DNA of 64,000 bases from Eledone cirrhosa (taxonomy: Eukaryota). The notes beneath the pieces were generated by a model that worked only from the letters and a program-made list of their open reading frames with translations, was not told the origin of the DNA and ran no database searches. The position numbers were made by a program, and so were the translations under genes. Shown here in pieces: positions 18,701 to 30,410 of the stretch. How positions within the stretch are numbered: position 1 is the stretch's first letter; every line of letters begins with the position of its first letter. The DNA lies in assembly GCA_964016885.1 (NCBI GenBank), contig OZ024765.1, forward strand, positions 22,940,001 through 23,004,000, in the 5' to 3' direction.

Positions 18701-20670
18701 CGTACACACACACATACAGACATACACGTACACACACACACATACAGACATACACGTACACACACACATACAGACATACACGTACACACACACATACAGA
18801 CATACACGTACACACACACGTACAGACATACACGTACACACACACGTACAGACATACACATACACACACATACAGACATACACGTACACACACACATACA
18901 GACATACACGTACACACACACATACAGACATACACATACACACACACATGCAGACATACACATACACACACACATGCAGACATACACATACACACACACA
19001 TACAGACATACACGTACACACACACATACAGACATATACGTACACACACACATACAGACATACACTTACACACACACATTCAGACATACATGCAGACATA
19101 CACGTACACACACACATACAGACATACACGTACACACACACATGCAGACATAGACATACACATGCAGACATACACACACACACATACAGATATAAAGGTA
19201 CACACACACATACAGACATACACGTACACACACATACAGACATACACGTACACACACACGTACAGACATACACATACACATACACATACAGACATACACG
19301 TACACACACACATACAGACATACACGTACACACACACATACAGACATACACGTACACACACACATACAGACATACACATACACACACACATACAGACATA
19401 CACATACACACACGTACAGACATACACATACACACACACATACAGACATACACGTACACAAACACATACAGACATACACGTACACACACACATACAGACA
19501 TACACGTACACACAACACATACAGACATACACGTACACAAACACATACAGACATACACGTACACACACACATACAGACATACACGTACACACACACATGC
19601 AGACATACACATACACACACACATACAGACATACACGTACACACACACATACAGACATACATGCAGACATACACGTACACACACACATACAGACATACAC
19701 GTACAGACACACACATACAGACGTACACGTACACACACACATACAGACATACACGTACACACACACATGCATGCAGACATACACATACACACACGCATAC
19801 AGACATACACGTACACACACACATACAGACATACACGTACACACACACATACACGTACACACACACATACAGACATACACATACACACACACATACAGAC
19901 ATACATGCAGACATACACGTACACACACACATACAGACATACACGTACACACACTCACATACACACACACATACAGACATACACGTACACACACACATAC
20001 AGACATACACGTACACACACACATACAGACATACATGTACACACACACATACAGACATACACATACACACACGCATACAGACATACACGTACACACACAT
20101 GCAGACATACACATACACACACGCATACAGACATACACGTACACACACACATACAGACATACATGTACACACACACATACAGACATACACATACACACAC
20201 ACATACAGACATACACGTACACACACACATACAGACATACATGTACACACACACATACAGACATACACATACACACACGCATACAGACATACACGTACAC
20301 ACACACATACAGACATACACGTACACACACACATACAGACATACATGTACACACACACATACAGACATACATGTACACACACACATACAGACATACACAT
20401 ACACACACACATACAGACATACACATACACACACACATACAGACATACACGTACACACAAAAGCACACTTCTTATATGCACATATACATACATATACTTA
20501 TATGCATATACACATTCACATGCTTATATGCATGCACCCATACAGAATGACCAGAGACACCCGCTACATCAGCCATGCCACCTCTCTATTGTTCACTCTT
20601 CTATTTATTATTTGTGTTCCACCATCCTTTCGCAGCTATCAAAAGATACACACACGCATACAGACATACA

Positions 20671-20708
<38 letters not shown>

Positions 20709-21496
20709 GACATACACACACACATACAGACATACACGTACACACACGCATACAGACATACGCGTACACACACACATACAGACATACACGTACACACACA
20801 CACATACAGACATACACGTACACACACATACAGACATACACGTACACACACACACATACAGACATACACATACACACACATACATACAGACATACACGTA
20901 CACACACATATACAGACATACACGTACACACACACACATACAGACATACACGTACACACACACATACAGACATACACGTACACACACACATACAGACATA
21001 CACATACACACACACACACAGACATACACGTACACACACACATACAGACATACACGTACACACACACATACAGACATACATGTACACACACACATACAGA
21101 CATACACATACACACACACATACAGACATACACGTACACACACACATACAGACATACACGTACACACACACATACAGACATACATGTACACACACACATA
21201 CAGACATACACATACACACACACATACAGACATACACGTACACACACACATACAGACATACACGTACACACACACATACAGACATACACGTACACACACA
21301 CATACAGACATACACGTACACACACACATACACGTACACACACACACATACAGACACACAGCTACACACACACATACAGACATACACATACACACACACA
21401 TACAGACATACGCGTACACACACACACAGACATACACGTACACACACACATACAGACATACGCGTACACACACACACAGACATACACGTACACACA
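3753..21496. repeat. ~17.7-kb CA-rich compound minisatellite, (CA)n-TACAGACATACACGTA, ~22-26-bp unit, intronic
   Basis: Continuous array with one unique interruption at ~20460-20645. It produces all HTY/VCM-rich ORFs in this interval. Confidence 0.97.
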
Positions 21497-21618
21497 AAAG
21501 CACACTTCTTATATGCACATATACATTCACATGCTTATATGCACGCACCCATACAGAATGACCAGAGACACCCGCTACATCAGCCATGCCACCTCTCTAT
21601 TGTTCACTCTTTTATCAG

Positions 21619-22143
21619 GTATCAAAACGAAGATTGAGTCCCTGTTTGTGCCGATCCGGAACAATGAGTGCCAAATCCGGACCATCGTCTTGAACCGACA
21701 CCATCCAAAGCTGCCGTTGGTGCTGGTGCATGGGATGGGCGCCGGTGTCGGCATGTGGGTGCTCAACCTGGACTCTATGGCCGAGCAGCGACCCGTGTAC
21801 GCGTTCGACGTGCTGGGCTTCGGACGGAGTTCGCGGCCACGCTTCAGCAACGACCCCGCAGAGGCGGAGCGCCAGTTTGTGGACTCCATCGAGGAGTGGC
21901 GGGAGAAAATGCATCTTAAACGCTTCATCCTGCTCGGACACAGCCTCGGATCTTTCATAGCTACCTCCTACGCCATCCACTACCCAGAACGGGTGCAACA
22001 CCTGATTGCTGTCGAACCCTGGGGCTACCCGGAGAAGCCAAGTAATGCCTCCACACAACACCTATCCTACTGGGCTCGAGCCATCATCACCATGGCACGA
22101 CCATTCAACCCTTTGGCCGCGATCAGGGCCGCAGGACCCTGGG
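21619..22143 (+). CDS. ABHD4: ABHD4/ABHD5-family hydrolase, main catalytic exon
   Basis: ttttatcag acceptor and g|gtgagt donor; 525 nt, phase 1 to 1. Encodes PLVLVHGMGAGVGMW, FDVLGFGRSSRP, the nucleophile motif GHSLG, and NPLAAIRAAGPWG. Confidence 0.97.
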
Positions 22144-22342
22144 GTGAGTTATACTTTCTCTCTTTCCCTCTTTCCTTTTCACTATCTCTTTCTCTTCCTT
22201 CCCCCCTCTCTCATATATAGATATATGTTAAGTGTGTAACGACAGTTACAGGTGGCGCTCCGTTCGAAGCACTCAATATTGTTCTGACGTCCATCACATG
22301 TTGTGTTGTATTCCAGTGGTGGTGGTGATGATGATGGATATA

Positions 22343-24615
22343 TATCATCATCATCATCGTTTAACGTCCATCTTCCACGCTAGCATGGGTTTGGATGGGA
22401 ATTTTCCCACTTGAGGCAAGAGTGGTTGTCCTGCTCGCATAGGACTGTCTGGCGGGTTTTCTACGGCTGGATGCCCTTCCTAACACCAACCACGTTTACA
22501 GTGTGGACTGGGAGGTTTTTACCGTGTTACCTACACGGCCACATTACAGCGGGGACTGTGTGTTTTTTGTCGTGACACCTACACAACCTCATTTATTTAG
22601 GACTGGATGTTGTGGTACCAACATAGCTTTACATTGAAAGGGGTGGTGTGGATGGGGTGGGTGGGGTGGGGGGTGGGGGGTGGGGGGGGGGGGGGTATTT
22701 TGGTTAAGAGGGGCCTACTGACTGTAGTAGGTTTCACTATGTACATAGGTAAGGCGGGTCTTCTGTATTACTGTGTAGCGGCAAAGATCTCGGTCCAGAG
22801 ACATTGTCTTGGAGAGGTGTAAGTGTGTGAGGTCGGAATTTATCAAATCGTCCCAGGTTTTTCTGGGTCTACCTACTCCGTAATTACCATCTATTTTGAT
22901 CGCCCTGCACTTTTTTATACATGTCATCTTTCATGCACATCACGTGACCATACCAACGTAGTCTTCTCTCAAGTAAACAGCATCTGATCCCTCTTATTCC
23001 TAATTTCTCACTTAGTTTGTTTATGCTTTGCTGTTCACGTATATTACTATTACACATCCAGCGGAGCATGCAAGCTTCGTTCCTCGCCAGTCTGCGTGTA
23101 TCCTCAGCCATTGATTCAGCTATGAGCGTTAGATCATCTGCGTATAGGAGTTCCCATGGGCAGCCGGTCTTCAACTCCTCTGTTATAGCCTGAAAGGCAA
23201 TAATAAATAGGAGGGGGCTAAGGACGGAGCCCTGATGAACACCAACTTTTACGCTAAACTCTTCACTATATTCGTTGTTAATTCTAACCTTGCTGACTGT
23301 TTCTCTATACATGGCTTGTATAGCTCTCACAAGCCATTCATCAACACCTAGTTTTCTGAGAGCCCACCAGATAATGAGGCGTGGGACTCTGTCAAAGGCT
23401 TTCTGCAAGTCAACAAAAGCTAGGTATAGGGGTTTACTTTTAGCTAGGTACTTACTTCTCCTGTAGTTGTCGTACAATGAAAAGAGCATCTGTGGTACTT
23501 TTACCTGACACAAACCCAAACTGCATTTCATCTAGATCAATTCGCTCTCTGATTAGTTGCCCTATTACTTTTTCTGTGACCTTCATGACCTGGTCAATTA
23601 ATTTAATGTCTCTATAGTTTCCCCTATCTAGGGCATCTCCTTTACCCTTGTAGCAGTTAATGATGATGCTGCTACACCAGTCCTTTGGTACGACCCCATT
23701 CTGTATGACTTGGTTTACTATCTGGGTGACCATAGTGTGTCCCACCGATTCAGATGCTTTCAGCATTTCAGCAACTATTTCCGAAGGCCCACCCACCTTG
23801 CCCGTCTTCATATCTTTGATTACCTTACTTATTATACTACCTTCAACTTGCACTGCTGGTCCCTCTATTGGATCGACGTGGGGGAGACTGTCTTTCTCCC
23901 ATTTATTCTCCTCATTTAGTAGCCTTTTGTAGTGACACTTCCAAGCTACCTTATCAGCGACAATGATGGCAAGTACACCATCATCATTAAGGACACACTT
24001 CTCCCCGACAATATCACGGTTTTCCTTGACACATTGCCTAGCAATCCTGAACACCTCACGTTTTTGGTCCTCGCGTTGTCGAACATGCTTGAACTTTATT
24101 TCTTCTGCTTCCCTTCTTGCAAAGTACACTTGCCTCCTAGCTTGCCTCCTGGCCACTTGATAGTGTTCTCTACTTCCCCCATCCCGCCATACTTTCCAAG
24201 CCTGCTTTTTGGCCTTGATTGACACTCCACCTTACTGTTCCACCACCAAGTTACTCTCCTCCTACCCACAGGCCTGCTCCAGCCACAGACTTCATCTGCC
24301 ACCTTCAGCAGGTTAGCTTTCAGGAATCCCACTGTTCCTCTATATTATACGACTCTAAATGCTCTTCCTTACTGTCGAAAGCATCAAGTAATATGCTTTT
24401 AAACTTATTACTGGCTATGGGGTCCTTTAACTTCCATATTCTTCTCCTTAGGATAGTCCTCCTCTGTTGTCGAGTACGTCTTGTCCTGACTATGAGGTCG
24501 CTAATTATGAGGCTATGTTGAGAGGTGCATTCTTCATGGGGGAGGGATTTAGTGTTTACAACAGACACTTTGTCACGTCTTCTGGTAAGAATATAATCTA
24601 CCTGGCTGGTGTGTT
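22343..24615 (-). mobile_element. 5'-truncated, decayed RTE-clade LINE (late endonuclease/linker, RT, 3' UTR, (GAT)n tail)
   Basis: Minus ORF pieces: YKGKGDALDRGNYRDIKL, QFGFVSGKSTTDALF, AFVDLQKAFDRVPR, GVHQGSVLSPLLF, LLYADDL, RLRWYGHV, GRPRKTW. Frameshifts and an internal deletion after LIAESMA. Tail ggacgttaaacgatgatgat. Confidence 0.93.
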
Positions 24616-24679
24616 CCCCTGATCTCTCTCTATATATATGTGTATATATATGTATATATGTATATATATATATATGTAT

Positions 24680-25172
24680 ATCATCATCATCATCATCATC
24701 GTTTAACGTTCATATTCCACGCTTGCATGGGTTTGGATGGGAGTTTTCCCACTTGAGGCAAGAGTGGTTGTCTTGCTCGTATAGGACTGTCTGGCAGGTT
24801 TTCTACGGCTGGATACCCTTCCTAACACCAACCACATTTACAGTGTGGGGCTGGGAGGTTTTTACCGTGTTACCTACATGGCCACATTACAGCGTGGACT
24901 GTGTGTTTTTTTTGTCGTGACACCTACACGACCTTGTTTGCTTCGGGCTGGATGTTGTGGTACCAACATAACTTTCTTTACATTGAAAGGGGTGGTGTGG
25001 GTGGGGTGGGGGTAGTGGTACGGGGGTGTATTTTGTTAGAGGTGCCTACTGACTGTAGTAGGTTTCACTTTGTACTTAGGTAAGGCGGGTCTTCTCTATT
25101 ACAGTGTAGCTCCAAAGATCTCAGTCCAGTGACATTGTCTTGGAGTGTGTGAGGTCGGAATTTATCAAGTCG
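24680..25172 (-). mobile_element. RTE 3'-end fragment (same family as 22343-24615)
   Basis: Near copy of 22345-22850, including the (CAT)n tail on the + strand. Confidence 0.88.
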
Positions 25173-25179
25173 TATATAC

Positions 25180-25572
25180 GGAGGCACATGGCTTAGTGGT
25201 TAGAGCACTGGCCTTGCAATCGAAAGGTTGTGAGTTCAATTCTCAGACCGGGTGATGTGTTGTTTCCTTGAGCAAGACATTTTATTTCACATTGCCCCAG
25301 TTTACTCAGCTGTAGAAATGAGATGATAGGGACTGGGGTCCCTATCATTCCATTGCAATGTGGTCGTGGAGGTGACACGGCAAAAAAGCACCCAGCCCAC
25401 ACTGTAAAGTGGACGTGTAGGCGACACGGCAAAAAAGCACCCAGCACTCACTGTAAATGAGGTTGGTGTTAGGAAGGGCATCCAGCTGTAGAAATCAAGC
25501 CAGAATCAGTTCCCGTCACACCCTTGCAAGCAGGGAAAAGGGGACGTAAAATGAAATGATGATGATGATGAT
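25180..25572 (+). mobile_element. tRNA-derived CORE-like SINE with RTE-type tail
   Basis: A box tggcttagtgg and B box gagttcaattc; CORE-like ccttgagcaagacattttatttcac...cagctgtagaaatgag; ggtgttaggaagggcatccagctgtagaaa; (GAT)n tail shared with local RTEs. Confidence 0.85.
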
Positions 25573-25864
25573 ATAGATATATATATATAGTGAAAGAGTG
25601 AAGAATAACATGGTTGGCTGTACAAAAAGGTTTTTATTTACAGTATTATCAATTGTTTCATTGATCAGGTGAGTCTAAATAATCGATAACATGTAACCCC
25701 ATATATATATATAATAAGGAGTTGACAGACCCAGCATATTTATCAATGCCAGTACCGGTTGTATCCCAGCGTACTCCATGGGCAATGTAAGATACATTCT
25801 CAGAGTATACACATAGTTATTTGCTTTAATACAACACACGTAAAACGGGTGCCTATAAGGTCCC

Positions 25865-25970
25865 CGGACTCGAGTTTCTGCCGCACTAATGCAGCAGTAA
25901 GGTGCACTGCACCATCTGTCTGCATATATTATGCAACAATACACAATTGACTTATGCGGCTTCATCAGCG
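25865..25970 (-). ncRNA. Type I hammerhead ribozyme motif with a long branched stem II; stem I truncated by (TA)n
   Basis: Minus strand: CG-CUGAUGA-A-GCCGCA...UGCGGC-A-GAAAC-UCGA-GUC-CG. Palindromic loop 3 (UCGA) and a GUC site. Confidence 0.7.
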
Positions 25971-26004
25971 TATATATATATATATATATATATTTATATT
26001 AAAA

Positions 26005-26447
26005 TCATCATCATCATCATCATCACCGTTTTACGTCCGTTCTTCCACGCTAGCATGGGTTAGACGGGTTGTCCTGTTGTGGGCAGTGTCTGGTCAGCTG
26101 ACCATGCCTTGCTCATACAGGAACTGATTTGGCTTGATTTCTACAGCTGGATGCCCTTCCTAACACCAACCTCATTTACAGTGTGGGCTGGGTGCTTTTT
26201 CGTGGCGCCTACACGTCCACTTTACAGTGGGTGCTGGGTGCTTTTTTGCCGTGGCACCTCCACGACCACCTTGCAGTGGGAGGGTGTGGGGGCATATTGT
26301 CTATATGCTTCAGCTTGTACCCATGGGAGGTCGGGTACTCTGTATTACTGTGTGACGCCAGAGGTCATGGTCGTGTGTCATCGCCTTTGAGAGGTGTAAT
26401 TGGATAAGGTCGGCTTTTATCACCTCATCCCAGGTCATCTTGGGTCT
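26005..26447 (-). mobile_element. RTE 3'-end fragment, second subfamily
   Basis: (CAT)n tail; matches the reverse complement of 43190-43632. Confidence 0.85.
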
Positions 26448-26460
26448 ATATATATAAAAT

Positions 26461-26529
<69 letters not shown>

Positions 26530-26559
26530 TATATATATATATATTAATTTATTAAAATA

Positions 26560-26635
26560 ACAGATTAAAGTTTAAGCAAAGAATCGCTGCTTTCACCCTT
26601 ATCGGGATCTTCTGAAACTAAAAAAATCAATCTGT
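26560..26635 (-). ncRNA. Variant hammerhead-like fold (CAGAAGA core), antisense copy
   Basis: Inverted copy of 27497-27572. Confidence 0.5.
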
Positions 26636-27496
26636 GAACGCAGAAGTAAATATTTTGAATAAACGTTGCAACCGTTATGTCTATACATGAGTTTTGCGTC
26701 TGTGTGAGTATGCGGGTTCGTACGTATGTAGGGTGTGTGTAGATGTGTACTTTGCGTTTTGGTTGACGTACGTTTAGCGAACGTGTTTTTACATGTAGGT
26801 ATGTGTGTGCGCGTGCGTTATATACGTATTTATGTGTGTATATTTATATACGTTTATTTAATTATGTATATATACACACACACACACACACACACATATA
26901 TACTTTTTATATATATTTTTGTGTATTTGGTGTATACATTCGTATGTGTTCGAGTACAGGCGTTGCATGGGTTCTGTATGTGCTGCGTGTTTTTTTGTGT
27001 ACGTGCTTCTATTTGCATACCCATGGCGGGTGTTTTTGCGTATGCATGTGTATGTACGTACATGGATGTGTGTATGTATATATTTAATTTCAATTACCTC
27101 TGTAATTTATTTACTTTATTCTTAACTCTGAAGCCGAGAATCATTCGGTTTCCTAAATAGAATTTTAGTCTACAACTTCAGTTATACAATAAACGTGGTT
27201 TTGTCTTTGCGTGTAATTGTTCTCATTGCTCCACATAATGATGTATTATCTTCGTTTTTTCCGTTCATTGCCAGAGAACGTCTCCACGAACCACCTAATA
27301 GAATATTAGTCTACGACTTCAGTTATACCATAAACATCATTTTGTCTTTGTATGTAATTGTTCTCACCGCTCCAAATAATGACGTATTATCTTTGTTTTT
27401 TCCGTTCTTTGCCAGGGAACGTTTCCACGAACTAAAGTATCGTCTTCCTGTCTTCCTTCGGTTGCAACGTTTTTTGAAATATTTACTTCTGCGTTC

Positions 27497-27572
27497 ACAG
27501 ATTGACTTTGTTAGTTTCAGAAGATCCCGTTAAGGGTGAAAGCAGCGATTCTTTGCTTAAACTTTAATCTGT
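27497..27572 (+). ncRNA. Variant hammerhead-like fold (CAGAAGA core, CUU site), sense in an ABHD intron
   Basis: Stem I AGUUU 27513-17 / AAACU 27559-63, plus distal helix 27497-505 / 27564-72. Core CAGAAGA 27518-24. Stem II U-CCC-GUUAA-GGG-U. GAAA 27538-41. Stem III GCAG/UUGC. U16.1=27557, N17=27558. Confidence 0.55.
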
Positions 27573-27679
27573 TATTTTAATAAATATTTGCTCTACGGTT
27601 CTTATATATTTGATATATTTTTATCCTTATCGAGTCCTCTTTGGATTTTAGTCTTCAAATTTATTATTATTACTATATA

Positions 27680-28708
27680 TATGGAGAGAAATGAGGCAAG
27701 CATGCTCCGTTGGATGTGTAATGTCAATTTGTGTGAATGACCCAGCATGAATGGGTTGAGAGAGAAACTGTCTGAGAGGGATAGAATGTAGTGTACGGGA
27801 GAGGAGACTGAGGTGGTATGGACATGTGATGTGTTGAGAGAGAAACTGTGTCTGAGAGGGATAGAATGTAGTGTACGGGAGAGGAGACTGAGGTGGTATG
27901 GACATGTGATGTGTTGAGAGAGAAACTGTGTCTGAGAGGGATAGAATGTAGTGTACGGGAGAGGAGACTGAGGTGGTATGGACATGTGATGTGTTGAGAG
28001 AGAAACTGTGTCTGAGAGGGATAGAATGTAGTGTACGGGAGAGGAGACTGAGGTGGTATGGACATGTGATGTGTTGAGAGAGAAACTGTGTCTGAGAGGG
28101 ATAGAATGTAGTGTACGGGAGAGGAGACTGAGGTGGTATGGACATGTTATGTGTTGAGAGAGAAACTGTGTCTGAGAGGGATAGAATGTAGTGTACGGGA
28201 GAGGAGACTGAGGTGGTATGGACATGTGATGTGTTGAGAGAGAAACTGTCTGAGAGGGATAGAATGTAGTGTACGGGAGAGGAGACTGAGGTGGTATGGA
28301 CATGTGATGTGTTGAGAGAGAAACTGTGTCTGAGAGGGATAGAATGTAGTGTACGGGAGAGGCGACTGAGGTGGTATGGACATGTGATGTGTTGAGAGAG
28401 AAACTGTGTCTGAGAGAGATAGAATGTAGTGTACGGGAGAGGAGACCGAGGTGGTATGGACATGTGATGCGCATGGAGGATGACTGATGGGTGAAGAAGT
28501 GCCAGGAAATGCCAGTTGAAGGAAGACGTGGTAGAGGTAGACCACGATAATCATGGGCGGAGGTGGTGAGAACAGACCTCAGATCATTGAAGCTCACGGT
28601 GGAGATGACGAAGGACCGTGACAAGTGGAAAGATGCTGTGCTGAATAAGACCCATCCCACCCTTGCAAGCAGGGAAAAGCGGACGTAAAATGATGATGAT
28701 GATGATAT
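27680..28708 (+). mobile_element. RTE 3' fragment containing an internal 80-bp tandem amplification (~27757-28469, ~9 copies)
   Basis: RNEASMLRWMCN, then the unit agaaactgtgtctgagaggg...gacatgtgatgtgttgagag (REKL..RGIECSVRERRLRWYGHVM), then GRGRPR and a (GAT)n tail. Confidence 0.9.
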
Positions 28709-28759
28709 ATACATCATCATCAATGTTGAATTATGACATTTTTTTGTTTTCAACTTCAG

Positions 28760-28871
28760 GTCCTGGTTTAGTGAAGAAGTTTCGCTCTGACCTCCAACAA
28801 CGTTTTTCTAAACTCTTTGAAGACGACACAATTCTGAAATACATCTACCACTGTAATGCGCAGACACCCAG
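28760..28871 (+). CDS. ABHD4: ABHD4/5-like coding exon (GPGLVKKFRSDLQQRFSKLFEDDTILKYIYHCNAQTP+S)
   Basis: ttcag acceptor and ag|gtaaga donor; 112 nt, phase 1 to 2. YIYHCNAQ motif of ABHD4/5. Confidence 0.96.
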
Positions 28872-29094
28872 GTAAGACCCTCACAATTAAAGCTGGTTAA
28901 TCTGCGAGGGAATCCTCTACCACAGGGATCACCAACCTGTGGCCCTAGGGTTGCATGCGGCCTTTAAGGATGTTTAGTGTGGCCCAGCAGATTGCACGTA
29001 GCCACATTCATCACAGACCTAGCGTGCACCTTTCCCTTCTTTTCCTTCCAGCCTTCTCTAAGGAACAAACCACACACACACACACACACACACA

Positions 29095-29430
29095 CATCAT
29101 CATTTCATTTTACGTCCACTTTTCCCTGCTTGCAAGGGTGGGGCGGGAACTGATTCTGGCTTGATTTCTACAGCTGGATGCCCTTCCTAACACCAACATC
29201 ATTTACAGTGAGTGCTGGGTGCTTTTTTGCCGTGGCACCTCCACGACCACTTTACAGTGGAATGATAGGGACCCCAGTCCCTATCATCTCATTTCTACAG
29301 CTGAGTAAACTGGAGCAATGTGAAATAAAGTGTCTTGCTCAAGGAAACAACACATTACCCGGTCTGGGAATTGAACTCACAACCTTTCGATTGCAAGGCC
29401 AATGCTCTAACCACTAAGCCATGTGTCTCC
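29095..29430 (-). mobile_element. CORE-like tRNA SINE (same family as 25180-25572)
   Basis: Reverse-complement near copy of 25180-25572. Confidence 0.87.
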
Positions 29431-29454
29431 ATATATATATGTGTGTGTGTATGT

Positions 29455-29717
29455 GTGTGTGTGTTAAGTATTTCCGTAGAAAAGGTAAAGGAAAGAAGAG
29501 TGCTCTATGTATAGTACAGAGCTATTTAATTACATAATAAACAACACAATATAATTATTCCATTACCAAAGGTTTCAGGAAACTAGACGATTCTTGAAAC
29601 CTTCGGTAATTGAATAATTATATTGTGTTGTTTATTATGTAATTAAATAGCTCTGTACAATACATAGAGCACTCTTCTTTCCTTTACCTATTCTACGGAA
29701 ATACTTAACACACACAC
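29455..29717. repeat. ~260-bp near-perfect palindrome (arms ~125 bp, 9-nt loop), PLE-terminal-like
   Basis: gtgttaagtatttccgtaga... pairs with ...tctacggaaatacttaacac about centre 29586. Contains a 3' half-hammerhead GAAA-CC-UUC-GG-UA at 29596-29608. Confidence 0.9.
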
Positions 29718-29797
29718 CACATCAGTTTCACATCTTTGGCTGAATCATAAACTAAAAATTATTTATTGTTCCATCGATGTTTTCTATTTTCCTCCAG

Positions 29798-29984
29798 TGG
29801 TGAGTCAGCATTCAGGACTTTGACGATTCCATTTGGATGGGCAAAGAACCCGATGATTCTTCGCATCACAGATCTAGAGAAATCCATTCCGATGACACTT
29901 GTCTATGGCTCAAGGTCATGGATAACCTCCCACACCGGACAGGATGTCAAATACCTCCGCCCTGACAGCTATGTTGATGTCCAG
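29798..29984 (+). CDS. ABHD4: ABHD4/5-like coding exon (SGESAFRTLTIPFGWAKNPM...YGSRSWI...RPDSYVDVQ)
   Basis: ctccag acceptor and cag|gtacgt donor; 187 nt, phase 2 to 0. Confidence 0.96.
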
Positions 29985-30016
29985 GTACGTAGAAGCCCTC
30001 ATAATACATAAATACT

Positions 30017-30400
30017 TTAACCCTTTCGTTACCATATTTTTAATGAAATACACTACTTGTAATTTTAAAATTATTTGAAAATTATTGCCAGAATATGGAA
30101 GAATTTAATAATATAACTAACTTTCTCAATATTAAACTGGTGTTTGGAACATAACTTAAAGGGAATACTAACCCTTTCATTACCATATTTCTAATGAAAA
30201 TTATTGCCAGAATTTGGAAGAATTTAATAACATAACTAACTTTCTCATTATTAAACTGGTGTTTGGAACATAACTTAACAAAGGGAATACTAACCCTTTC
30301 ATTACCATATTTCTAATGAAAATTATTGCCAGAATTTGGAAGAATTTAATAATATAACTAAGTTTCTCATTATTAAACTGGTGTTTGGAATATAACAAAG
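30017..30400. repeat. ~120-bp unit x3, starting with a piggyBac-like TTAA-CCCTTT end
   Basis: taaccctttcattaccatatttctaatgaaa...aaactggtgtttggaa occurs three times. Confidence 0.65.
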
Positions 30401-30410
30401 GTTCTTACAT

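Larger units (their letters stand above)
26548..27675. mobile_element. Non-autonomous Penelope-like element with ~127-bp inverted repeats (26548-26674 / 27459-27584) plus a one-sided extension
   Basis: The arms are reverse complements, and the right arm continues ~90 bp (asymmetric, PLE-like). Flanked by (TA)n. Internal ~140-bp direct duplication at ~27155-27435. Fragments of the same family at 51420-51515 and 51901-51972. Confidence 0.7.

Noticed and set aside
3693-21600. Dozens of very long His/Thr/Tyr- or Val/Cys-rich ORFs, including the N-terminal ~890 aa of 18948..22220
   Set aside because: Translations of a stop-poor minisatellite. Only 21619-22143 is a real exon, bounded by splice sites.
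25180-25255. tRNA-like sequences at the SINE heads (also 29355-29430 and 40650-40725)
   Set aside because: No closed acceptor stem, and they continue into SINE bodies; not tRNA genes.
25600-25675. GAAAC-AAUU-G on the minus strand, PLE-end-like
   Set aside because: No UH cleavage site in register and no CUGANGA; at most a decayed remnant.
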